DNA from: Phycisphaerae bacterium | GTDB taxonomy: Bacteria > Planctomycetota > Phycisphaerae > UBA1845 | DNA: 64,000 nt | Assembly (NCBI GenBank): GCA_029260115.1 | Contig: JAJDDW010000010.1 | Location: 695 to 64,694 of the forward strand | Direction: 5' to 3' | Shown: piece by piece, positions 36,842 through 45,402 of the stretch | Position numbering within the stretch: the first letter of the stretch is position 1 | Layout: each line of letters opens with the position of its first letter | Notes under the pieces: generated by a model | Databases searched by the model: none | Seen by the model: the letters and a program-made list of their open reading frames with translations, nothing else | Told to the model about the DNA's origin: nothing | Translations under genes and position numbers: made by a program

Positions 36842-37183
36842 ATGAATTCTAAAGATATGACTATTGCTGTCCTTTCCACAACGAGTGTTGTGCTGCTGGT
36901 TGGTTTACTGGTGGTCAACGTCCTGCCAACCCCAGCCTTTGGTTCGGGTATGACAGCCACAGCTGGTAAGTATGTGGTTACTGTAGGCGTTGGCTCAGCG
37001 AACAATGAAGAATATGTGTATATAGCTGACACCTCATCTGACCGGATAGGCGTCTATCGATTTATCGGGGGCCGCATTGAGCTAAGTGCGGGCATCGACC
37101 TGGCTGAGTTCACAACAAATAAAAATAACGCATCAAGCCAGACCAGACCTACTAGCCGTTCGTCGCGGGGACGTAGACCGTAG
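36842..37183 (+). CDS. Small N-terminally anchored protein, paralog B (113 aa)
   Basis: GGAAGGGAG lies upstream of the ATG. Same architecture as 36517-36819, with shared pattern AG.(V/Y).V(V/T)......(V/Y)VY(V/I).D...D.(L/I)..(F/Y).........L....DLA.(D/E)F. Basic Ser/Arg-rich tail. Confidence 0.6.
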   Translation: MNSKDMTIAVLSTTSVVLLVGLLVVNVLPTPAFGSGMTATAGKYVVTVGVGSANNEEYVYIADTSSDRIGVYRFIGGRIELSAGIDLAEFTTNKNNASSQTRPTSRSSRGRRP

Positions 37184-37485
37184 CGAACGAAGATACGATC
37201 AAAATCGTAGATGAGATTCAATTAGGCTCGATAATCAATATCGGCCTCTGGTTCTCAATGCAACATAACGTACATTATCGGACGTTGAGGATAGGGGCCG
37301 ATAAAGCGGGTATTTGATGATTTCGAAGTCAATGTCGATGGTCCGCGATTAAATTAGAAATGGCGTCGAATATTGAAGGTATATGATCGATCATGCATCG
37401 CAGGTGCTGTTCAATGCTCGACGCTTGCCTTTAAGGAAGGCCTTAGGAACATGCTTTGAACTCTCTAGAGCCTCGTCTCTGGCTT

Positions 37486-38634
37486 TTATTTGCTACGCGC
37501 TTTGTCGAGGACTACTTTCTGTAGCTGATCATCCATTCTCGGCACCTGACTCTTGGCGGCGAAACTGTTGGTTAAATACTCGGCTAAGCTTTGCCGCTGG
37601 CTGGTCGAAAACTTGGCGTCTCCTCGAATCAACGACAACAGTTGCTTTGAAAAATCGTCGTCCGTTTGGTATAGGCATTCATCTCGGAATTCGCTTGGCA
37701 GCAACTCGGGATATGACAGCCGATTTGGAAACAACGGCTGACACCCAAGCATCATGGCCTCGACAACGGCTATGCCGAAATTTTCCTGGTTGGCAGTACT
37801 GACGACGATATCGCAACTGGAGACCAGGGTTAAATAATCATTTCGGGCGGGCACGAAACCGGCGTGACGGACGCGATGTTTTACGTCGTTGAAAAATTTC
37901 GCAAATTCCGGCGGGGCGGTCCGAAATTGTTCTCCAACTGCAACGATGTCAAAAGGTAACGACATTTGGTCGGCCTTGCGTAAGGCGTCAAAGAATGGTT
38001 TGGGGTTCTTATCGTATTCCCAGCGGTGACACCATAATATAGTTATGGGATCTTGGTTGTGACCAAGGTTATCGCCCTTTTCCTTATGATTAACGTCAAC
38101 TGCGGGATAAACTACCTGAGATTTCTTTTCGATACGCGACACGATTGCTGCAGGTACATGGTCTGGCATTTTGCGCAGTAAGTTGTCGGCTGCGGATAGA
38201 AAAGATTGTTGATGGGCCTGCGAATTAAACCAGACACTGTCAGCGGCTAGGCACGAAGTAATGTTGGTCATGCCATATTGATAGTCGCGCATATCACCAT
38301 CTGATAGCGGATAGGTAAGTTGATTTTCATGAAAATAACAGACGATTGAGATGTTGCGTAAATTCGATGGCAGCAGTGAACGAAGATCAGCTACGCTTAG
38401 CATGTCGTTGCAAAGAATCACGTCGACAGGCGCCACCCCCCCGCCTTGTAGCCAGTCAATTTCATGCAACGCAAACCACATAGCCGAGCCTCGCATACGC
38501 CATTTCCATTTACGCGCAGGAAGCTGAGCCAAGACACAATCATGTCGTGAGTGCTGGATAACAGTATCGACGAAAGCCGCATGCGATCCGCCATAATATG
38601 GTTCGAGTACGCCGACACGAAGTGGTCGTTGCAT
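37486..38634 (-). CDS. DUF3524-type glycosyltransferase, GTDC1 / tRNA-queuosine alpha-mannosyltransferase-like
   Basis: Motifs LEPYYGGSHAAFVD, LPARKWKWRMRGSAMWF, YFHENQLTYPL, RDYQYGMTNITSCLAADSVWFNS and MPDHVP closely parallel what I recall of human GTDC1. The C-terminal half is GT-B glycosyltransferase group-1-like (ENFGIAVVEAM). Confidence 0.75.
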   Translation of the reverse strand: MQRPLRVGVLEPYYGGSHAAFVDTVIQHSRHDCVLAQLPARKWKWRMRGSAMWFALHEIDWLQGGGVAPVDVILCNDMLSVADLRSLLPSNLRNISIVCYFHENQLTYPLSDGDMRDYQYGMTNITSCLAADSVWFNSQAHQQSFLSAADNLLRKMPDHVPAAIVSRIEKKSQVVYPAVDVNHKEKGDNLGHNQDPITILWCHRWEYDKNPKPFFDALRKADQMSLPFDIVAVGEQFRTAPPEFAKFFNDVKHRVRHAGFVPARNDYLTLVSSCDIVVSTANQENFGIAVVEAMMLGCQPLFPNRLSYPELLPSEFRDECLYQTDDDFSKQLLSLIRGDAKFSTSQRQSLAEYLTNSFAAKSQVPRMDDQLQKVVLDKARSK

Positions 38635-39012
38635 ATGTTGCGTCCATTGTGACAGGTCATATCATGATTTCAGGAACACGGCATTATAGTACATGAAAGG
38701 GTATCGCGATGGAAGAACATGACGAGCATCCCCCTGTTTCCAAACTCCTCGCCCTACTCTCCAATACCAACAGCAATACTGTCGAGGACACTCAATTCGA
38801 TCTCGCATACTACGGGGCCAGCGCGGTATCAATGGAACAAGGAACTTGAAGTGCGATGGCCCTGAGGTCGTACCGACATGCGGGCAGATATTATTTATTG
38901 ATAGCTCACACAAGTGAACGGTTGGACGTATAATCAGGCCACTAAAAGTACTGGACTTGCTACGTAGTCACGATTCTATTGGACACCCGTTACAGAATCT
39001 CGTGGAACGCTC

Positions 39013-39936
39013 ATGAACAATCTTCTCCAAGCTCAGCATGTTCGCGTGGAATTCGGATCCACCGTAGCCGTTAGTGATATATCGTTTGATTTAGCTGGTG
39101 GGCAGTTACTCGGATTGGTTGGTCCAAACGGGGCTGGTAAGACCACCCTACTACGCGTATTGGCTGGTTTGCAAGCGCCGACGCGTGGTGAAGGGTATGT
39201 GATGGGCAAACCCGTGCTGGGCAAGCACGAAATCGTTCGCCATCACATCGGCTTCGCGCCAGATTCCCCGCCGGTTTATGAAGAACTCACCGTCGAGCAA
39301 TTCCTACGCTTCATCGGCCGGGCATATGGCCTGGACGCTGATGAAACGAATGAACGTATTGACTATTGGCTGGAACAACTCTGGCTAACTGATAAGCGTG
39401 ATTCGGAAATCAAAAATCTTTCACGCGGTATGAAGCAGCGCATCACGTTAGCGCGAACTTTCTTACCCCAGCCTCACGTACTCCTACTTGATGAACCGCT
39501 GGCAGGGCTAGACCCCGCGGGGAGAATACAACTCCGCAACGTGTTGACGATGCTGTGCAATCAGGGGTGTGCGATGATTGTTTCGTCACACATCCTGTCC
39601 GACTTGGAAGCAGTCGCAACCCACATTGCGATTATCGAACATGGTAGCATACTCCGCTGGTCTGAAACAAGTGCCATGCATCACACAGACGAACATCGGC
39701 GAACATATAGCATGACTACGCTCGATAATCATGCTTCGCATACGGCGGCCCTCGAATCGATTGAAGGTGTTACGAATGTGATAGTCAACGGTCGCACCTA
39801 TACATTAGACTATCACGCGGGCGACGCGCACGCGGCTGAACTGTTACAAAATATTTTACAACAGCACATTTCAGTGTGTTCGTTTATGGTAGTCAAAACG
39901 ACATTGGAACAGGCGTACCTAAAAGCTGGCGTATAG
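39013..39936 (+). CDS. ABC transporter ATP-binding protein
   Basis: Walker A GPNGAGKTT, signature LSRGMKQR and Walker B LLLDEPLAGLD. There is an about 90 aa C-terminal extension. Confidence 0.92.
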   Translation: MNNLLQAQHVRVEFGSTVAVSDISFDLAGGQLLGLVGPNGAGKTTLLRVLAGLQAPTRGEGYVMGKPVLGKHEIVRHHIGFAPDSPPVYEELTVEQFLRFIGRAYGLDADETNERIDYWLEQLWLTDKRDSEIKNLSRGMKQRITLARTFLPQPHVLLLDEPLAGLDPAGRIQLRNVLTMLCNQGCAMIVSSHILSDLEAVATHIAIIEHGSILRWSETSAMHHTDEHRRTYSMTTLDNHASHTAALESIEGVTNVIVNGRTYTLDYHAGDAHAAELLQNILQQHISVCSFMVVKTTLEQAYLKAGV

Positions 39937-39947
39937 CAGGTGGATTA

Positions 39948-41450
39948 ATGAGCGAACGATTTCAATTGCCCGTCGCTATGATTAGCGTTCAGTATCACTT
40001 ACTCGGTAAGCATGCGCGTATATGGGGTATGAGCGTGCTGTATGGATTCGCCTTGGTCATCGGGTTTCTCGTCATGTGTCGCATCATGTATGAGGAGTCA
40101 GTCACAGTTTCTGCAGACGTCGCTCAAGCCGCTGCTTATATTATAGTGGGGATACAGCCATTATTCGCTATTCTCGGAGGTTCTAGTGCTATCTATCGCG
40201 CCATGCTTCGAGACTATGAAACCAAAATGTTCGAATCTCATCGCCTGACTCCAATGACTAATGTAAGCGTCGTACTTGGATACACATTTGGTCCAACGTT
40301 ACAAATCATGGCTTTGCTGTTGGTAAGCACCGTTTTTGGAAGCGTCATGACATTGATGGCTGGTGCATCACTTCCCATGTGGCTTTGTGGGAATTTACTT
40401 CTGATGTCTGGTGCGGTAACCATATGGGTCTTGGTCGTATTCTCCGGCATGAGATTAGCTAAGCCTATATCGCCCACACCTATTATGGTTGGCATCAGCA
40501 TATTGAGTACGTCGCTCATCGTTTTTCCTGGTGGTGGATTGCTATGTGGTTTTTATTCTATTTTTCTTTCCTGCTGGATTATGTCCCCCAACAACACCAT
40601 AAGCCCGGCGGCAGTTATTCTCGTATGCGCAGTCAATTTAATTTTTGCGTTGTTCTGGATATCGGCTGCGGCGGCAAAGTATCGACGCCCTGACTTGCCA
40701 GCCATGAATGCCACGCGCGGCTTGGCGTTTTTTGTTTGCTGGCTCGTTGTGTCGATTATCGGCATCCAGGTTTATGAACACGCTACGATAACAACTATGA
40801 AAAGTTTCCACGATTCGGAACTTCTCCTAAGTCAATGGGTGAGTACGATGATTGGTTCGTTGTTAGTTGGCGCTTTCCTAGTAAACAGCGCGGTGGCTTG
40901 TAGAATTGCAGTTCGTCGAGGTGCGGCCTCCCGCGGATGGGGAGACCGTGTCCCTCACTCACTCGTCACGTTCATGATCGCTCTTATGATCTGTGTCATC
41001 ATGTCAAGCGTAGGTTATTCACTGTGGAAGAGATGGTTATCAATCGATGGCGTTATCAACACGGAGGCAACTTTTCACGCCTGGGGTTATAGCCTAGCCG
41101 CGTGTATGTTGGCGATGTTCATGCTGCGTGGCTGGTTGGTGATGATCTACACGCGCGCTAAGAAACCTAAGTATGGAACCATATTCGTGTTCTTTTTGCT
41201 CTGGTGTGTGCCTATAGGGCTTGATGCATTACGTGCGGGATTGGAGTGCGATTTTCAAGGAGAGCCTGAAATGTCCTGGCTATTCGCCTGCTCTCCCGCG
41301 GGCACGATTGCTGCGGTCTGGGCCAACATGGGCCTTAATCTGTTTCCCGGCATCCTCGCACAGGCTGCAATTGCTGGTCTATTATCAATGTTAGCATGGC
41401 GATACACGCGCCGGATGCAATTGCCTGATACCTCCAAATTAGCGAGCTAG
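39948..41450 (+). CDS. Multi-pass membrane protein, putative ABC-2-type permease partner
   Basis: About 500 aa with at least 10 hydrophobic helices, immediately downstream of the ATPase. ATG at 39948 chosen; the track ORF starts at 39876, inside the ATPase gene. Confidence 0.7.
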   Translation: MSERFQLPVAMISVQYHLLGKHARIWGMSVLYGFALVIGFLVMCRIMYEESVTVSADVAQAAAYIIVGIQPLFAILGGSSAIYRAMLRDYETKMFESHRLTPMTNVSVVLGYTFGPTLQIMALLLVSTVFGSVMTLMAGASLPMWLCGNLLLMSGAVTIWVLVVFSGMRLAKPISPTPIMVGISILSTSLIVFPGGGLLCGFYSIFLSCWIMSPNNTISPAAVILVCAVNLIFALFWISAAAAKYRRPDLPAMNATRGLAFFVCWLVVSIIGIQVYEHATITTMKSFHDSELLLSQWVSTMIGSLLVGAFLVNSAVACRIAVRRGAASRGWGDRVPHSLVTFMIALMICVIMSSVGYSLWKRWLSIDGVINTEATFHAWGYSLAACMLAMFMLRGWLVMIYTRAKKPKYGTIFVFFLLWCVPIGLDALRAGLECDFQGEPEMSWLFACSPAGTIAAVWANMGLNLFPGILAQAAIAGLLSMLAWRYTRRMQLPDTSKLAS

Positions 41451-41528
41451 CTCTTCGCGAAAGAAATACTTGGTCTGAAATTTTTCGATCGTGTACAGTT
41501 TTGAACTGCATGGATACAATCGCCCATC

Positions 41529-42767
41529 ATGAACGCAACTATTTTCTCCACTATGTGGATGGCAGCCATGGCCGCTCAAACAGTCAACGCGACACAACTA
41601 CAATCAGGCACATGGCGTGCGTGGCTGGACAGTCCAGGTGGACCGCTTCCGTTTATCTTGGACTTACATCGTGAAGGCGATTCATGGCGCGCCGTCATAC
41701 ATAATGGCCGGGAACGTATCGACATCCCAACCGTCACGCTGAGCCACGGCAACCTTACACTCGGCTTTGATCATTACGATTCAACCATCACCGCTAAGAT
41801 AGCCGCGGATGGTCGATCTCTGAGCGGTGTATGGAATAAACAAAGTAGTGGAAAAAACATAGCAACTTTACCTTTCCACGCCCTCGCTAGCCAGACCGCT
41901 AGATTTGAACGAGGTGATGATAGCACAAAAAAAACAACCCCAAGCCAAGATGTAACCGGCCAGTGGGTTATTAAATTTTCCAAAAGCGACGACCCAGCTA
42001 TCGCTCAATTCAAGAAGCAAGCTAACGGTACCATCACGGGCACGGTCATGACGACCACCGGCGATTACCGTTTTCTCGAAGGCGATTTCTATGAATCTCA
42101 GTTGCGACTATCGGTCTTTGATGGTGCCCATGCCTTTTTGTTTCACGCAAAGTGGCAAGAAGACGGCACTTTAATCGGCGATTTCTGGTCACGAGATGTG
42201 TGGCATGAATCTTGGACGGCCAACCGTGATGAGCAAGCCAGTTTGCCAGACGACTTTTCACAAACGAAAATCGTCGAAGGGATAGACTTAAAGGCACTTG
42301 CTTTTCGTGATCTAGATGGTAACCCCAAATCGTTAGGTGACGCAGCCTTTGCAGGCAAGGCCATGCTCGTCGAAATTTTCGGTAGCTGGTGTCCCAATTG
42401 TCACGACGCTTCGCAACTTATGGTAGAACTCGACCGGGAATATAACGAGCGTGGTCTTCAAATCGTCGGCCTAGCTTTTGAACTTACTGGCGACTTCGCG
42501 CGAGACGCTCGACAAGTACGCCGCTTTGCTAAAAAACACGGCGTAAACTATCCCATACTTATCGCAGGCGTATCCGATAAGACCACCGCCTCAAAGCAAA
42601 TGCCTGTTATCGATAAAATTCGCTCGTATCCAACCGCTATTTTCGTTGACCGTAAAGGCATCGTCCGCTACGTCCACACCGGCTTCACCGGTCCGGCCAC
42701 TGGCCAAACTTACGAAACTTTGCGATCAACTTTCAAGCAGCGCATCGAAACGCTACTTAGCGAATGA
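41529..42767 (+). CDS. TlpA/redoxin-family thiol-disulfide oxidoreductase with a long N-terminal beta-rich domain
   Basis: The thioredoxin-fold active site FGSWCPNC sits in the C-terminal about 160 aa. The N-terminal about 240 aa contain duplicated lipocalin-like segments. Confidence 0.8.
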   Translation: MNATIFSTMWMAAMAAQTVNATQLQSGTWRAWLDSPGGPLPFILDLHREGDSWRAVIHNGRERIDIPTVTLSHGNLTLGFDHYDSTITAKIAADGRSLSGVWNKQSSGKNIATLPFHALASQTARFERGDDSTKKTTPSQDVTGQWVIKFSKSDDPAIAQFKKQANGTITGTVMTTTGDYRFLEGDFYESQLRLSVFDGAHAFLFHAKWQEDGTLIGDFWSRDVWHESWTANRDEQASLPDDFSQTKIVEGIDLKALAFRDLDGNPKSLGDAAFAGKAMLVEIFGSWCPNCHDASQLMVELDREYNERGLQIVGLAFELTGDFARDARQVRRFAKKHGVNYPILIAGVSDKTTASKQMPVIDKIRSYPTAIFVDRKGIVRYVHTGFTGPATGQTYETLRSTFKQRIETLLSE

Positions 42768-42789
42768 GCTTTATCAAGTCGCCCAGAAA

Positions 42790-44883
42790 TCAAGCCCCAT
42801 TCTGCTCTTTCTTCGTAACATCCGCACTCTCTTTAGTTTTTCCCAACAGATACTTATCAAACCATCCAAGATCCCAACCCATCTTGGCTTTGCGATGGGT
42901 ATAAGTCGTTAACCCATGGCCCTCGCCGGGATACACAACCAATTCCGTAGGTACTTTGAGATAATGCTTTAGCGCTCGATATAACGTGCGACTATGAGCC
43001 GGCGGTACACGCGGATCATTTTCGCCCACATGGATGAGTGTCGGGGTCTTGACCTTATGTAGATTGTACAACGGCGAACCTTTATGATACTCGCCGGGCT
43101 TGGTCCATGGCTGCCCCTTCATAAAATTGATGACATGCCCCGGCGTATCTTCCGTGCCCCACTGAATAATTTGGTCCAACACCCCCGCCCCGCTACTCGC
43201 CGCTTTGAATCTATCCGTTGTCGTAATTAAACAATTCGTGAGATACCCGCCATTGCTCCATCCCATTACACCAAGCCGATCAGGATCTGCAATTCCATCA
43301 GCCACTAACTGATCAACGCCTTTGAGAATGTCTTTGACTTCGATATCGTTTTCTCGTCCGATTAAACCTGTCAAGAACTTGTCACCATACCCTGTAGAAC
43401 CTCGATAGTTAGGGCTAAGCACTGCGTACCCCTTCGAGGCTAGTAGCGTTCGGCCATAGATCCAAAAGCGTAATTCAAGGTGTGTAGCTGAAGTCGGGCC
43501 ACCATGAAGTTCAACTACTGTAGGCAGCGGTGTGCCCGGTGTATAATCAGCCGGCAATTCGAGAATCCCTTCCACGTCATCACCGCCAGCCCCCTTCCAG
43601 CTATATCGTTTAATCTGTGGCAAAATCCAGCTATCTACCTGCGGATTAATATTTGTCATTCGATCAACACTGCCCGGTGAATTTACGATAAACGCATCCG
43701 GTGGATGTGTCGTTGCGGACATCACCACGGCTAACTGACTTCCAGATTTAGAAAAACTATAAGAGCCAACCACCACATCCACAGGTGTGAGCGGTGCTGC
43801 AACAACGTGCCCACTCGATAGCGCGGAAGGCATGCAATATAGTCGCTTCGTCGCTTTAACATCGCCCAGAAAACAAAGCTCGCGTGTATCGCCACGGAAG
43901 TAGGTACTGCCGCCAACTACAGTCACATCTGCAGGATTAGCTTGCGTTCGCAGGCTTTGCTTACCGTCTCGCCACTCGATTAGATAAATCACTGGGGAAT
44001 AGCCATCAAACGAAACATTAAAGGCTAGAGCGTCGCCATCCGCAGAAAAGGCGGCAGCGTCAAGCCAGCCATGCGGCACAGGATGGTCATCACGCCAACC
44101 ATCCGGGGTGACGTTGGTTATCTTCTTCGTCGCGGTGTCATACACGTCAATCTGTGACCAACCCTCGTTAGTCAATAAGGTGTCGTCCGGCGTAGTAATC
44201 ATTGCGATACGGCGCTCATCTGGAGACACATCGAACGTTGTAATGTATCGATGTTCGTCAACGATTTTTTCGCTGCGCCAGTGAATCAAATCGAGCTTCC
44301 AAACTTGAGAAAAGTCATTCACGCCGTGCGCATATTTGAGTGATTTGAATTCTTTACGAAGACTATTCCACTCATCCTCCACAATTTCAACCGACGTGGT
44401 GTAATAGAGCGATTGCCCATCGCCCGAAAGATTGAACTGTCCCATGCCATCAGCCACACGCGTTACCGGAAAAAGCTCCCCGCCATCCACAGCCACACGC
44501 CATACCTGCTTCTTACCGTTATAAGGCGCATCAGTCTCGTCACCGCGTTCACGACTGCTCGTGAAGTAAATATACTTGCCGTCCGGACTCCACTTCGGCG
44601 AGCTATCCGATGCTCGATCGAAAGTCAGGCGCCGAACCTTCTTGGTCGCTATTTCAACCAGCCATAAATCATTGTTGCGTTTTTCAGTAGGTGGCTCCCA
44701 CCGCGTCTCGCTATATACCAGATATTTTCCATCTGGCGAAAGCTGACAACCTGTCATCACACCTAACGAAAAATAATCATCCGCTTCGATCTGATGCGTT
44801 CGTTCTGCGTAACAAATTGACGAAAAACCGCCAAGACAAAAAATCAATACATGCACAAAAGCATTTCGACGAGCCATTAACAC
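42790..44883 (-). CDS. S9-family serine peptidase (prolyl oligopeptidase / acylaminoacyl-peptidase type) with an N-terminal beta-propeller
   Basis: Nucleophile motif GWSNGGY. Downstream Asp/His region (HVGENDPRVP, YPGEGHGL). Propeller-like WSPDGK repeats. Signal peptide. Confidence 0.9.
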   Translation of the reverse strand: MLMARRNAFVHVLIFCLGGFSSICYAERTHQIEADDYFSLGVMTGCQLSPDGKYLVYSETRWEPPTEKRNNDLWLVEIATKKVRRLTFDRASDSSPKWSPDGKYIYFTSSRERGDETDAPYNGKKQVWRVAVDGGELFPVTRVADGMGQFNLSGDGQSLYYTTSVEIVEDEWNSLRKEFKSLKYAHGVNDFSQVWKLDLIHWRSEKIVDEHRYITTFDVSPDERRIAMITTPDDTLLTNEGWSQIDVYDTATKKITNVTPDGWRDDHPVPHGWLDAAAFSADGDALAFNVSFDGYSPVIYLIEWRDGKQSLRTQANPADVTVVGGSTYFRGDTRELCFLGDVKATKRLYCMPSALSSGHVVAAPLTPVDVVVGSYSFSKSGSQLAVVMSATTHPPDAFIVNSPGSVDRMTNINPQVDSWILPQIKRYSWKGAGGDDVEGILELPADYTPGTPLPTVVELHGGPTSATHLELRFWIYGRTLLASKGYAVLSPNYRGSTGYGDKFLTGLIGRENDIEVKDILKGVDQLVADGIADPDRLGVMGWSNGGYLTNCLITTTDRFKAASSGAGVLDQIIQWGTEDTPGHVINFMKGQPWTKPGEYHKGSPLYNLHKVKTPTLIHVGENDPRVPPAHSRTLYRALKHYLKVPTELVVYPGEGHGLTTYTHRKAKMGWDLGWFDKYLLGKTKESADVTKKEQNGA

Positions 44884-45160
44884 TATAAATTCCTCCGAGT
44901 ACGATGATGTAATGAGGTATTACCGTTTGCAAACCCTAACGATACCTCCGAACAGCCATAGGCCAATGCGATGACCGCAGTTGAAAATTGTACTGTTATT
45001 AGGCATCTACAACAAATAGATGATGATGGCTGTGAGAAAAACGGCCATGCGGGCTTGTGTGTATTAATGTTCACTCTCACTCGAAAACATATCTTCCCCG
45101 CACACGAGCCATCGAGACAGATCATATCAACGCGACAAAATAAGACTATAGTTTTATGCG

Positions 45161-45391
45161 CTATGCGACTGATTCGTCGGAGGGTTGATCAGTCGGTGGC
45201 GTATGCAATTGCACCAACGGTGTCATAGTTGCCTTGGGGATGCTGTCGGCGCTTGGTGATGTGGCATGGCAAGATTTCCCCGAACTGCATCCACACCCAG
45301 CCTCCCCAGTCATTGATTTGCGCACCCAACGCACCGCAAAAAGTAGTGCCGTCCCTGCGAGTATTAATGCGATCCAGTCCTGAACACTCAT
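45161..45391 (-). CDS. FeoB-associated Cys-rich small membrane protein (76 aa)
   Basis: The ATG at 45391 lies 12 nt after the feoB stop. One TM helix (WIALILAGTALLFAV), then GCGCSSGKSC. The upstream part of the track ORF overlaps feoB and is discounted. Confidence 0.6.
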   Translation of the reverse strand: MSVQDWIALILAGTALLFAVRWVRKSMTGEAGCGCSSGKSCHATSPSADSIPKATMTPLVQLHTPPTDQPSDESVA

Positions 45392-45402
45392 ACCTGTCGC
45401 CC

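Noticed and set aside
37383-37802. 139 aa plus-strand ORF overlapping the 3' end of the GTDC1-like gene
   Set aside because: It is antisense to a gene with strong family motifs, and the translation has no recognisable features.
38709-38873. 54-codon plus-strand ORF (MEEHDEHPPVSKLL...) in the gap between the GTDC1-like gene and the ABC transporter; an 83 aa minus-strand ORF at 38662-38913 overlaps it
   Set aside because: Both are short, mutually overlapping, and without recognisable motifs or convincing ribosome-binding sites. The evidence is insufficient to call either one.
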